Positions 1 through 9,211 of a stretch of 35,447 nt of DNA are shown here, one piece after another. The translations under genes were made by a program, and so were the position numbers. The notes beneath the pieces are model-generated. The model did not search any database. It saw only the letters and a list, made by a program, of their open reading frames with translations, and was not told the DNA's origin. Source of the stretch: a virus. Its lineage: Duplodnaviria > Caudoviricetes. Position 1 is the first letter of the stretch. Every line of letters starts with the position of its first letter. The stretch is taken from the IMG/VR virus record IMGVR_UViG_3300001722_000025, positions 1 through 35,447 of that record. One strand, written 5' to 3'.

Positions 1-407
1 CACGCACCTCCGACAGTAATCACGCCGCTGGTTATGGCAACTGGTGACCCGCTGGTGATTGATGTTGTATTCAGCTCAAGATCGCCGCCGCCGCCTGGGC
101 CGCTCACAGTAAGATAAATTGCTTCGGATGCATCACGGTCAATGATGCGCGCCCAGCCTGCAGTGCCAGTGTCGTTGGCTGATGGATCATTATTAATGGC
201 GTCAAGAGTAACGACGCCGCCGGATTTTGTGGCCGCGCCGTTGGTCATAGCCAGATCAGCAAGAAGCGTGTCGGAAATTGACCCGCCCATTGATGCAGGA
301 ATAGTCCCGCTGTAGATCTCGATCATAGGCGTGCTGGTAGTGCCTGCCGCCATCGCGTCAATGATAGCCTGGGCAATAGTTGATCGTAGCACTGTTGTTA
401 GCTTCAT
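1..407 (-). CDS. Putative virion/tail structural protein, 135 aa (stop codon cut by the window edge)
   Basis: Not in the ORF track. ATG at 407 overlaps the TGA of the upstream gene. It reads MKLTTVLRSTIAQAIIDAM...GTAGWARIIDRD...GDLELNTTSITSGSPVAITSGVITVGGA and stays open to position 3, followed by TG. Small-residue, beta-rich, and located downstream of the tape measure gene. Confidence 0.8.
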   Translation of the reverse strand, partial: MKLTTVLRSTIAQAIIDAMAAGTTSTPMIEIYSGTIPASMGGSISDTLLADLAMTNGAATKSGGVVTLDAINNDPSANDTGTAGWARIIDRDASEAIYLTVSGPGGGGDLELNTTSITSGSPVAITSGVITVGGA

Positions 408-754
408 TGGTCAAGTCGCCTCTCTACAAGAATTTGAAGTTGTACTTTGTCTTCGGAAATGCTGAAAGATCCCGGGGCGCCTATGAAGCAGCCCTCCCGG
501 AAAGAAACGATCAACCGGCCATAGGACTTAACCATGCGCACGATATTGTCGACCTGCCGCTGGCTACTGGGCTTCCATCGAATCTCTAACGTCCGGTCTG
601 CGTCTGAATAGCCAAAGTCGTTGAACGCTGCGCCACCGTCGAGAGTGGCCACCCGTGAGTTACGCCGTTCAAATCCTGTAAGCCCTGATGGTTCTGGTGA
701 TACGATGTTTTCAACGCCTTCAATGTCGAATATTGGAGAGGTAATGGTAAGCAT
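404..754 (-). CDS. Hypothetical tail protein (distal tail/hub position)
   Basis: 116 aa ORF translationally coupled directly after the tape measure gene; function inferred from position only. Confidence 0.7.
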   Translation of the reverse strand: MLTITSPIFDIEGVENIVSPEPSGLTGFERRNSRVATLDGGAAFNDFGYSDADRTLEIRWKPSSQRQVDNIVRMVKSYGRLIVSFREGCFIGAPGSFSISEDKVQLQILVERRLDQ

Positions 755-3501
755 CAGTTCAGCCCCAGCAGCATTTCTTCACCTTCCGCATTTACGCGGA
801 CCTGAATCACTCTCAAGATCTCGAACATGAAAGCCTCAAGGTGTGGCTGAAGCCCGGCTCCATCTACCTTGATCAGCCCGTCACCTCGAGCAAGCTGCTC
901 AGTTTTCTTTTGGATATAATCAACTTCAGCCTGAGTCAGCTTGCTCTGATCATCCAGTGCCTGCTGGCGATACTCGTTTTCTTGCCGGATCTGCTTTGAA
1001 AGATCTATCTGAGTAGATCTGCTCGAATCATCAAATCCACCAAACAACTCAGTTATAACCTTCCCGGTAGATTCGAATGATGCGCTGATGGTTTGGGCGA
1101 GCGCCTTTGCCCTCTCAGCTCCAGCTTCTACTTCAGCGATATCGAGAGAAATCTTCGATTCGATAATTGCTATGCGTTCATCGCTGGCAAACCCAGCCAG
1201 AGCAATCTGGTATTCGGTGGTTTTCTTTACCAGGTCTTCTGTTTTTTTCTTGTTGTCATCCAGAGCTTTACCCGATTTAACAACGGTGCCCGAGAAGCTA
1301 TTGATCTTGCCGGTGGTCTCGTCATAGCCGAGTTGGAGCGATTTGTTATTCTCCGCAAGATCCCTGGTAGCATCAGATACCATTGCGAGCGCACCACCAC
1401 CAGCACCAGCGGTGCGGTTCAGCTCATCAATAGCATTCGTTACGCTACGCTGGCTTTCAGCAACATCCTCACCAGATTTAGCCGCGGCAACCAGGTCATC
1501 AGCGTACTTCTGCCAAGATGCCTGCTGCTCATCCGTCGCAAGCGATGTTTCACCAAGGGACTTATTGAGGAAGTTGTTTATCTCTCGAAGGTCTTCAGAA
1601 TCCTGAGCGGTTCTGCGAAGCTCTGAGGCGTAACCCTCCCATTTAGCCTGGGCAATCGCGATCTCATCTGCATTTAAAAAGTCATAAATCGCGCCGCCAA
1701 GACTTACCCCAAGCGCATCCTGCAACGGCTGGATAATGTTATCGTTGATCGCAGTGCCAATGCCGTAACCGACACCACCCGCACCAAGCAGAGCAGCACC
1801 CACAAGGCCGAACTTACCAGCCCCTGCAGCGATTTTCTGAACAGAGCTTAGGTTTCCGATCAGTGCCTTGAAACCCTGTGCGCCAGCAAGTGCGGTTAGT
1901 CCGGTACCGATGGATTCCAGCCCACCAGCTAAGCCGCCGATGGCCGGCAATACGGTATCAATGGCTTTACCTACGCCAAGAAACTGGCCAATCGTTTTTT
2001 TGCTTTCCTCATCCAGATTCTGGAACTGCTCAATACCTGAACCCAAGGCTTTGAACAACGGTTCCAGACCATCCGCGATCCCGGCTGAAACATTCACCAG
2101 AGCAGTAAAGGCATCCACAACCTGCTGCATGGCAGCCTGCAGACCCTCTACAGTATTCAGATCTATGTTTCCAAACAGCCCGGTTAACAGGTCGCCAAGC
2201 TCATCACCCAGACCATCAAACGCAGACAGAAACTCTGAAAAGTCCAAACCCTCAAACGCTTCAGGCAAGTTCTTTGCAATAGTCTCGATTTGAGTGGCAA
2301 AGCCCTCAATTCCCTTACGTAACGCCTCAAAAAGAACATCGGCGTTTTCGCCCTGGGCAGCTTCCCGGAACGAATCAAGAAGCCCGGTGGTAGCTTGTGT
2401 TACCGCCTTGGTTTGATCAATGTACTCAAGGCCTACGGTTGCAGCAGCGGTGGTGAAAGCGGCTCGCAACTGGTTGAGCGCAAATTCAGCGGATGAGGTC
2501 TTTACAGCGAATTCTTCAAGCGCAGACCCGCTGGATTCCATAGCAATTTTAAGAATTTCTTCAGACCGCTCTGCACCGTTGAGCACAACCAGAAAGCGGC
2601 TCATTTGCTCCGCTCCCGCTATGATCGTGGCAACACGCTGCTTCTCATTGTTGTCCAAATCTTTTGTGGCTGCGATCAGGTCGTAAAGAACATCTTTCGT
2701 ATCACGACGCTTACCATCAATTTCAAGCTGTATCCCCAGCTCATTAACCAAGAGCCCATAGCGTTCTTTAGTCGGCTTTATCAGGTTGCTAATGGCCGTT
2801 CTTAGGGCGTTGGCTGATTCAGAACCAGATCGTGTAACCTCGACCATTGGCGTGAGCAACGCTGCCGTTTCTTCGAACGATAGGCCGAGCGTATTTGCCA
2901 ATGGAGCCAGCAACCTGAAGCCATCACCCAACTGGGATACAGAGGCGCCAGCGTTGTTAGATACCGCATTCAGAACATCCAGAAGCTTTGCGGCATCGGA
3001 GGCCGGGGCCTTAAAGCCTGCGAGCGTACCAATCAAAAGCTCACTGGATTGAACCGTGGTCAAATCTGCAGCGTTTACCGCAAGCAAAGACTGCTCCACC
3101 AGGGTGAGGGAGTCTTCTATGTCAAAGCCCGCCTGCCGAAAATCCGCAGTGCTCTGAATAATGGCACCAGCACCAACGCCAAATCTGCTCGATAGGTCGG
3201 AGAACGTATCAGCGTAATCTTCTGCATCGCCTTCGCCTTCGCCCATAACTTTCTGAAGGTCGATCAGCGCCGCTTCAAAAACCACGGCTTCTTTGGCGGC
3301 GAACGTTAGAAAGGCCGCACCCGCAGCCACTAGCGCAAGATCAAGCTTTACAATACTGTCCGTGATGTCCGCTAGAACACCGGTAACATCACCGGTTTTA
3401 TCAACCAGTGAATCCAAACCACGGCCAACCGAAGTAATGGCACTGCCGGTGTTGTCCACGCCACCGAAGATCAGCTCTACGGTTTTTTTAAGGTCCGCCA
3501 T
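754..3501 (-). CDS. Phage tail tape measure protein (TP901-like core)
   Basis: About 915 aa, Ala/Gly/Leu-rich and helical, with PhageMin_Tail-like motifs (LGLSFEETAALL, SGSESANALRT). Start placed at ATG 3501 after the GGAG RBS. Confidence 0.93.
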   Translation of the reverse strand: MADLKKTVELIFGGVDNTGSAITSVGRGLDSLVDKTGDVTGVLADITDSIVKLDLALVAAGAAFLTFAAKEAVVFEAALIDLQKVMGEGEGDAEDYADTFSDLSSRFGVGAGAIIQSTADFRQAGFDIEDSLTLVEQSLLAVNAADLTTVQSSELLIGTLAGFKAPASDAAKLLDVLNAVSNNAGASVSQLGDGFRLLAPLANTLGLSFEETAALLTPMVEVTRSGSESANALRTAISNLIKPTKERYGLLVNELGIQLEIDGKRRDTKDVLYDLIAATKDLDNNEKQRVATIIAGAEQMSRFLVVLNGAERSEEILKIAMESSGSALEEFAVKTSSAEFALNQLRAAFTTAAATVGLEYIDQTKAVTQATTGLLDSFREAAQGENADVLFEALRKGIEGFATQIETIAKNLPEAFEGLDFSEFLSAFDGLGDELGDLLTGLFGNIDLNTVEGLQAAMQQVVDAFTALVNVSAGIADGLEPLFKALGSGIEQFQNLDEESKKTIGQFLGVGKAIDTVLPAIGGLAGGLESIGTGLTALAGAQGFKALIGNLSSVQKIAAGAGKFGLVGAALLGAGGVGYGIGTAINDNIIQPLQDALGVSLGGAIYDFLNADEIAIAQAKWEGYASELRRTAQDSEDLREINNFLNKSLGETSLATDEQQASWQKYADDLVAAAKSGEDVAESQRSVTNAIDELNRTAGAGGGALAMVSDATRDLAENNKSLQLGYDETTGKINSFSGTVVKSGKALDDNKKKTEDLVKKTTEYQIALAGFASDERIAIIESKISLDIAEVEAGAERAKALAQTISASFESTGKVITELFGGFDDSSRSTQIDLSKQIRQENEYRQQALDDQSKLTQAEVDYIQKKTEQLARGDGLIKVDGAGLQPHLEAFMFEILRVIQVRVNAEGEEMLLGLN

Positions 3502-3515
3502 GTTTTCTCCGGGCA

Positions 3516-3541
3516 TAAAAAAACCCCGCCGTGGCGAGGTT
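3516..3541 (-). terminator. Intrinsic terminator after the DUF4124 moron
   Basis: Minus strand AACCTCGCC-AC-GGCGGGGTT followed by a T-run. Confidence 0.8.
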
Positions 3542-3558
3542 CTGTTTGATTCAGGGTG

Positions 3559-4008
3559 TTATCTGCAAATATTGTCTCGGTGCCGTTCAGCGTCTCTTAT
3601 CCGCTGTTCGTGATATTGCTTTTCACTCAGGGTCCACCCTTGTAGCTTTTGCTGTTCCCATCGCTCACGGGCACTTTCAAGACGATCTTCAGCGCCGGTG
3701 CACACGTAATCTGGTCGCTTATCGGTGCGTTCGCTAATGCCGCCCAGCTGTTTACGGTATTCCTGTTGCGATCGGGACAAGGCTTCAGCTTGCTTCCTGC
3801 GCTCAAGTTCACGGGCCTGCCGAATAATATCGGATTCAGCAGCTCCGCTCGATGAGTTGCCAGAGGCCGGCCGTATATCAACCTGTTGCTGCGTGCCAGG
3901 TGGCGGCTGTGTACCGAAGTGGGTGTTGCCGTTTTCATCCGTCCATTTATAGACTTGAGCGAACGCAGAGAAAGACAGCAGTGAAAGCACCAAAAATGCG
4001 AAGCGCAT
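3559..4008 (-). CDS. Secreted DUF4124-domain protein (moron)
   Basis: Signal peptide MRFAFLVLSLLSFSAFA, then QVYKWTDENGNTHFGTQPP (DUF4124 signature), then a coiled coil with two Cys. GGAGGT RBS before ATG 4008 and its own terminator. Confidence 0.85.
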   Translation of the reverse strand: MRFAFLVLSLLSFSAFAQVYKWTDENGNTHFGTQPPPGTQQQVDIRPASGNSSSGAAESDIIRQARELERRKQAEALSRSQQEYRKQLGGISERTDKRPDYVCTGAEDRLESARERWEQQKLQGWTLSEKQYHEQRIRDAERHRDNICR

Positions 4009-4054
4009 GATTACCTCCATGTAACGGTTTGTAAAAACTGTAGCACACTATTCT

Positions 4055-4222
4055 TCATTTTTGGTGCTTGTACCACATAGACCAAAGCGATATCTCGCAG
4101 TCCGTTAAGTAGCCCTCTGGAAAAACATCAGGGCGGGATTCAAACAGATACCCGCCCTTCCGATCTGCAAGGGCTAGGCTTGCTTGGATGCCGGGGTCGC
4201 ACCAGAGGGCTTTCGCTTTACC
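4055..4222 (-). CDS. -1 frameshift extension of the tail assembly chaperone (gpT-like part of gpGT)
   Basis: 55-codon -1 frame GKAKALWCDPGIQASLALADRKGGYLFESRPDVFPEGYLTDCEISLWSMWYKHQK*, entered at the slippery sequence G GTA AAG CGA AAG (4222-4210). Canonical position between tail tube and tape measure. Confidence 0.75.
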   Translation of the reverse strand, partial: GKAKALWCDPGIQASLALADRKGGYLFESRPDVFPEGYLTDCEISLWSMWYKHQK

Positions 4223-4683
4223 TGGGCAATTTTCCCTTTGCCCGTAAGGTCGTAGATTTCTTTTGCGAGAAGACCAAACTCAATAGGGAACCCATCAGCC
4301 AGCTTCACCACATCCTGCAGAGTAAGCTCTGGGTCCACTACACCGCACTGCACATGGCACATCTTCCGTCGAAGAGCAGCCGGTGTTGCATCGCTCATCC
4401 CCAATGCATCCAGTATAGCCTGCACCTTTTCAGATTCTGCACCTACAAGCTTCTCGCTAACACTGATCATTAAACGGCTGTTGTCCGCTTCCTGCTCCGC
4501 CTTAGAAAGCTCTTCCGCAGTTAGGCCCCGAACCCTGAACACCACAGGTGGCAACTTACCCGTCTCCGCGTCCGGCTCCCGCACACCCAGCCCTGCTTCA
4601 GCCAAGCCAGGCAGCGGGAAATCTTGTTCCCGCGCTACCAGCTTGGCCTTGCGGAATGCATCCAGGTCGAAGCCACCACTCAC
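4174..4683 (-). CDS. Tail assembly chaperone (gpG-like)
   Basis: 169 aa, directly after the tail tube gene, with a C-terminal slippery site and a short post-slip tail. Confidence 0.8.
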   Translation of the reverse strand: MSGGFDLDAFRKAKLVAREQDFPLPGLAEAGLGVREPDAETGKLPPVVFRVRGLTAEELSKAEQEADNSRLMISVSEKLVGAESEKVQAILDALGMSDATPAALRRKMCHVQCGVVDPELTLQDVVKLADGFPIEFGLLAKEIYDLTGKGKIAQVKRKPSGATPASKQA

Positions 4684-5657
4684 AGCGCGACCTCTTTACC
4701 CTTCTCATCCACGTTGATGGTGCAGTTTGCCGTTACATCACCACCGGCGGGGAAGGTTCGCGCAATCGAGAACACACCCTGCTCAATTATGTTGAAAGGC
4801 TTGAACTGATCCGGGTAGAAGCGGAAATACAGGTTCTCGCCCTGCTTACCAACCAGCGTATCGGTAATGCCATCTTTAAGCAGAATGCTGAACGTGGCGT
4901 TGCTCAGGCTCTGAGAACGGGAGTTCTTAACCCGGCTGTACGTCTGGGTGCTGCTGGAGCTGTAACCAGTCTCAGAAGGCACAAAGTCGTAGGCATCGAA
5001 CGCTTCGATAAACTCCGGCGTTGCAAAGCTGGCATGTACGCCTTTAGGCAGGTCACCGGTGTGAATCTTTGGCAGTGCCGAGCTCATCTCTACGTTGCCG
5101 TTGATAAAGTCGGTGCTGGGCACCGGGAAATCGGCTTTCTCAGTGTGGCGGTTCACCAGGTCGAAGATATCGCTGGTTTTAATGGGGCCGGCTGTTTGGC
5201 TGTTCAGGCGCACCTGAGCAAGCTCAATTGATCCAACAGGGACATACGGAGGGCCACCAGCTGCTCCGCGAACTTCCACAAAGCTGGTGCTTTCGCTACC
5301 CGGAATCACAGTAACGTTGCCAGCGCTATCACACACAACGCTGTTGATGATGTGTGTATCCGTGCTGGCGCGAGTGATGGCAAGATCTGTTCCAGCCGCG
5401 ACAGCAATTTCCTCACCGTTCACGTTGGCGGTGAATGCCGCATGATCCACGTTGTTATTACCACCACCGGAGGCCGGTGTTACTTTGCCGCCGGTGAGCA
5501 AGCCATCCGGGCGAACCACTGGCGCAACTCCGGCTGCCTGCGACCAAAGCTCTTCACCCGAGGCGAACACTTTGGAATCGCCGTTATCGGCCAATGCCAT
5601 CATTGCAAATGCGTTTTGCCCGCCTTCAAATTCGAGCTTTGCGTTGTCTGTAGACAT
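4680..5657 (-). CDS. Major tail tube protein (putative)
   Basis: 325 aa beta-rich ORF between the tail terminator and the chaperone; the C-terminal half has a tube-like pattern. Confidence 0.75.
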   Translation of the reverse strand: MSTDNAKLEFEGGQNAFAMMALADNGDSKVFASGEELWSQAAGVAPVVRPDGLLTGGKVTPASGGGNNNVDHAAFTANVNGEEIAVAAGTDLAITRASTDTHIINSVVCDSAGNVTVIPGSESTSFVEVRGAAGGPPYVPVGSIELAQVRLNSQTAGPIKTSDIFDLVNRHTEKADFPVPSTDFINGNVEMSSALPKIHTGDLPKGVHASFATPEFIEAFDAYDFVPSETGYSSSSTQTYSRVKNSRSQSLSNATFSILLKDGITDTLVGKQGENLYFRFYPDQFKPFNIIEQGVFSIARTFPAGGDVTANCTINVDEKGKEVAL

Positions 5658-5695
5658 AACTTTCTCCTGGTTTACGAGCGCCAGCGGGCGCGTTA

Positions 5696-6109
5696 TTACT
5701 GCTGATAGGGGCTTTTGTTGCTAGTGCGGTACACGATGTCGAAGGTGACCAGAACAATCATCGTGGTCTGGCCGGAATCCGGTGAATCTATCTGGGAGTC
5801 GCTGTAGTTGATCTGTTTGCACAGGTCGCCAAGGGTTGGGTCCTGGTTCAGAGCGTCGTCAAGAATGGATGCCAGCATAGCGTTGCCCTGCACACTGGAG
5901 TTCACCAGCAGGTCTCGCTCTGCCATTTCAGCGACATTGACCGTAACGGTCATTTCATACTTCCCGAACTGCAGCCGCTCTGCCGACTCGGAAGGATCCC
6001 AAATCACTCGGGCGGGCAACTCCTGCTCGCTGTCCAACTGCTCAGCGCGCGCGGCATTGATCCGGCCAGCGAAAGCCTGAACAACCTGTTCTCGTATGCT
6101 GTCTGCCAT
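5696..6109 (-). CDS. Tail terminator / tail completion protein (gpU-like)
   Basis: 137 aa acidic protein with SIREQVVQA start, DPTLGDL motif and terminal F-x-I-x-Y-R-T strand; position fits. Confidence 0.75.
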   Translation of the reverse strand: MADSIREQVVQAFAGRINAARAEQLDSEQELPARVIWDPSESAERLQFGKYEMTVTVNVAEMAERDLLVNSSVQGNAMLASILDDALNQDPTLGDLCKQINYSDSQIDSPDSGQTTMIVLVTFDIVYRTSNKSPYQQ

Positions 6110-6723
6110 CAGTAGCCTCGCAGGATTGCGTCGATTTCTTTTTCAAATTGTTCAAGCTGGTACTGCAGTAAGGGTTCTGAGAGCTCGTCTTTCACATCAG
6201 TGAACACCTGTGAAAGTGACGGGCCATAGAACACTTTGATCTTCCCGCCTTGGGCGCCAGATTTCGCTTTACGCCCAACGATCGCAACACGGTTAGTACC
6301 CGGGAGAACCATGTAAAAAGGCTTGCCAACAATCTCATCGTCGCCACTGAAGGACTTCGGAGATCCGTTCGGCTTTACCTTTATTCTGAGACCACGGGCC
6401 GGAATACTTGGCGGCTTCAGCCAACTCACTTTCTCTCCGGAAACACTGGTATCGGTGGAGAATCGCGAAAGCAACAAGCCGCGCACTGGCGTGAAGATTC
6501 GTGCTGATAGGTTTTTCTGAGATGCTTTGGTTATTGTCAGCAAGCTCTTTGTATAAGCTGCGCTTAGTCGAACCTGCTTGCGGATCTCTTTACTGGATTC
6601 AGTGCGCCCTTTGGCAACCGTTTTGTTCAGCGATCTTGAATGAGCTCTGGCAGCGCCATCACTGAATTTCGCAAGTAGCGCACGAACCTCATTCAGGCTT
6701 GATCGTTCAACTCTGGCTTCCAT
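6109..6723 (-). CDS. Minor tail protein Z-like
   Basis: Basic ~204 aa protein with RSLNKT and YGPSLSQVF motifs typical of lambda gpZ-like proteins. Start at ATG 6723. Confidence 0.8.
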   Translation of the reverse strand: MEARVERSSLNEVRALLAKFSDGAARAHSRSLNKTVAKGRTESSKEIRKQVRLSAAYTKSLLTITKASQKNLSARIFTPVRGLLLSRFSTDTSVSGEKVSWLKPPSIPARGLRIKVKPNGSPKSFSGDDEIVGKPFYMVLPGTNRVAIVGRKAKSGAQGGKIKVFYGPSLSQVFTDVKDELSEPLLQYQLEQFEKEIDAILRGY

Positions 6724-7024
6724 TGACGTAATGCCTCGTAACAACACCATCGTCTGAGATCAGGCCATCGAACACCCAGGTGGTGGTACCCACCACAACG
6801 GTATGACCACGGCGCGGCCTCGCCACGTAGCTTTTGCGAATTTCGATCTGATCGCGGTGGCTGGGCATGGTGGTTTCAAACGCATCGCGCTGCTCTACGC
6901 TACGGTCAATAATCACTCGAACCTCAAGCGCAGGGTTTATGCCGTCGCTGTATAACCCATCTTCCGCAAACTGGAAATCAACGGCGGACTCAAGTGAATC
7001 CGCTATCGCACCAAAGGCGCTCAC
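6707..7024 (-). CDS. Head-tail joining protein (gpFII-like)
   Basis: 105 aa with a PRRGHTVVVG..W...G...DDG beta-barrel pattern; position fits. Confidence 0.7.
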   Translation of the reverse strand: MSAFGAIADSLESAVDFQFAEDGLYSDGINPALEVRVIIDRSVEQRDAFETTMPSHRDQIEIRKSYVARPRRGHTVVVGTTTWVFDGLISDDGVVTRHYVNGSQS

Positions 7025-7026
7025 AG

Positions 7027-7236
7027 TTATTCGCCGTCGCCTTGGTCACCGGTGTCTTCTCCGGTTTCACCATCAACCGAATCTTGATGGATCAGGCGCA
7101 CCTTGCTACCAGCCCCTTCAAACTCGGCCTTGGTCATTTCAACCTTGGTGCCAGCTGGGATCACGAGTTTGTTGCCATCCTTGTCGCGATCTTCATATCG
7201 CTTCACGAATTCAACTTTCAGTTTTTTAGCGGCCAT
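7027..7236 (-). CDS. Small protein downstream of capsid (gpFI position)
   Basis: 69 aa, GAAGG RBS, basic N-terminus and acidic tail. Confidence 0.65.
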   Translation of the reverse strand: MAAKKLKVEFVKRYEDRDKDGNKLVIPAGTKVEMTKAEFEGAGSKVRLIHQDSVDGETGEDTGDQGDGE

Positions 7237-7270
7237 AATATTTAACCTTCATGTGTTCGGAGTGGTCATG

Positions 7271-7300
7271 AAAAATCCGGCCTTGCGGGGCCGGCTTTTC
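7271..7300 (-). terminator. Intrinsic terminator after the major capsid gene
   Basis: CCGGCC/GGCCGG stem flanked by A/T runs on both sides (possibly bidirectional). Confidence 0.7.
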
Positions 7301-7323
7301 TATGCTTTATGCAGCGCCTGGAA

Positions 7324-8331
7324 TCAATAAACCGTCGCGAACGCCAGCCCGTTGATCTCGAGGAAGCAAGGCAGCGGCGCAGACTGGGTCATCACCTGCT
7401 CTACACCGGGGTCTTTCTCAACCCAGTTCTTCGGCCAGTATTCCGTGGCCACGTAGTCTGCCTCGCCGTCCAGAATCGCACCGTAAGCGCGGAGGCCTTC
7501 GGAGCCGGTGGAAATAATTGCCACACCGTTATCTGGAATGAAGAGCTGCTTGTCTCCGTTCGCGTCGTTGTAGTAGCCCGCATAGGTCCAGCACTCAGGG
7601 CCGGAACCACCCAGCCGACCTTTGAACGACGCCAGCTGTGTGCTGGGGGCCATTTCAAGTTCGGTGTCGGATCCGCGCCGGGTATCAAGAAGTTCCTTGA
7701 TTCGCGGGTTTTGTACGAACTTGCGGTAAGCACCACGCCCGAAGACCAGGTGAGTGGCTGGCGCCATCATCAACGCAAACCAGTCTTCCAGATCTTCATC
7801 GGGCTTGGCGGTTGTCTGATCCCACGCCGCAGCACCGCCGGAGATGTCGATGGTGAGATTAGGATCGCGCTGGAAGTCCACTTCCGAAGTTGGGTAATCC
7901 TCACCCTGCACAATCACTTTGCCGGTTTGGATGATCTGGGCAACCATCCACTCTTCCCGGCGCTTAATCTTTTTGCGCTGCTCATCCATGATATCGATCA
8001 TGATGGCTTGGCGGCGCTGGCCGGCAGTCAACTGCCCGCCGATTCCTTCGCCCGGCAGGCGCTTAACAACCCGCTTGGGGTCAAGGAAGTTCTTGGGCTT
8101 CACGTAGGCCGGTGTGAAAGCGTGCTTATTGCCACCGCTTGCCCGCAGCGCCTTGCCGGCAACCATGGGGCTTACGAACGGAGCCAGCTTTTTGTCGCTG
8201 GAAAGCTTGTCAAACGAGATAGACTCGTCTTCAAAAAGCACAACTTGCTGGCAGAGCAAGTCGAGAAGGAACGGGTTGAACGGGTCCAGCTCTTGATAGA
8301 CCCCCAGTAGCGTTTCAGTTTCGTAAGCCAT
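7324..8331 (-). CDS. Major capsid protein (lambda gpE family)
   Basis: 335 aa with LAPFVSPMVAG, FTPAYVKPK, REEWM and MTQSAPLP motifs of Phage_cap_E. Confidence 0.95.
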   Translation of the reverse strand: MAYETETLLGVYQELDPFNPFLLDLLCQQVVLFEDESISFDKLSSDKKLAPFVSPMVAGKALRASGGNKHAFTPAYVKPKNFLDPKRVVKRLPGEGIGGQLTAGQRRQAIMIDIMDEQRKKIKRREEWMVAQIIQTGKVIVQGEDYPTSEVDFQRDPNLTIDISGGAAAWDQTTAKPDEDLEDWFALMMAPATHLVFGRGAYRKFVQNPRIKELLDTRRGSDTELEMAPSTQLASFKGRLGGSGPECWTYAGYYNDANGDKQLFIPDNGVAIISTGSEGLRAYGAILDGEADYVATEYWPKNWVEKDPGVEQVMTQSAPLPCFLEINGLAFATVY

Positions 8332-8370
8332 GGATTATTTCCTCTGTATCTGGCTAATGGTTTCGGCGAA

Positions 8371-8742
8371 TTACTCGGGGGTAACGAGCCGGATGGGTGT
8401 GCCGTCGAATGCGCTGTGCTGCAGTGCAGCTGTCCAGCTTGCATCCCATGTGAGCAGCTGCTTGTTCAGCCAGCCGCCGCGCACGAACTGGCAACCAGCA
8501 GCCGCTGCAGACGCATCCACATCGTGAACCAGTGCGCCAACCGGCTTTTCAGAGCCATTGGTGGCGGTCTGAACGGAGATCGTGAGGTCTCCAGTGGCTG
8601 TAACGCGGCCAACAACGGTGCCGCGCGTGAGGTTTTGACCGGAAGCCAGCGTGCCGCTGCCGAAGTCGATCAGGCCTCCAAGCACCAGGGAATCATCCTG
8701 GAACGACTCAGTGCTTGAGCCAGCGAGGGGAAAGTTAGTCAT
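8371..8742 (-). CDS. Head decoration protein (gpD-like)
   Basis: 123 aa with LASGQNLTRGTVVG and GSEKPVGAL motifs; lies between protease and capsid. Confidence 0.88.
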   Translation of the reverse strand: MTNFPLAGSSTESFQDDSLVLGGLIDFGSGTLASGQNLTRGTVVGRVTATGDLTISVQTATNGSEKPVGALVHDVDASAAAAGCQFVRGGWLNKQLLTWDASWTAALQHSAFDGTPIRLVTPE

Positions 8743-8785
8743 CGTGTAACTCCTAACGTATGAATTAACCAGCTATTGAACTGGC

Positions 8786-9211
8786 TCAGTGAGTGACAGG
8801 CTTGCGCCCGGTGGCCTTGCGATATGAGCCCATGAGCTCGTTAACTTCAGAGCCGCCCTGCTCTGCGCTGGCTTCTGGCGCTTCGGCGCTGATGCCGGGC
8901 TGTTTGGTGCCACGCATGGCCGCTTCCAGCATGCCGCCGGGCGCACTGGCTTGTGCTCCAGTTTCAGCGACAGCCAATGCGGCCTTTGCATCGTCAACCG
9001 TCATGCGGGTGTTGAATGCCAAGTGCTGCGCCAGCTTTGTTTTACCTTCGGCTTCGTCACACTGCAGGATTCCGGCAATGCGGCCCTGCTCCGTGGCGGT
9101 GGCTTCCGCTGTCAGTTTGGTGGTATCCACTTGTTCCGGTTGCTCAACAGCGGCTTCCGGGGCGGGCGCCGGTGCAATTGCAGCCGGCTTGTTCTTTGAT
9201 TCAACCGTCAT
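8786..9211 (-). CDS. Nested in-frame scaffolding protein (Nu3-like), 141 aa
   Basis: Internal ATG at 9211 (MTVESKNK) preceded by GGAG. The C-terminal region RIAGILQCDEAEGK..LA..LA matches the lambda C/Nu3 arrangement. Confidence 0.75.
   Translation of the reverse strand: MTVESKNKPAAIAPAPAPEAAVEQPEQVDTTKLTAEATATEQGRIAGILQCDEAEGKTKLAQHLAFNTRMTVDDAKAALAVAETGAQASAPGGMLEAAMRGTKQPGISAEAPEASAEQGGSEVNELMGSYRKATGRKPVTH

Noticed and set aside
7309-8310. 333-aa plus-strand ORF
   Set aside because: Antisense shadow of the major capsid gene; no RBS or recognisable motifs.
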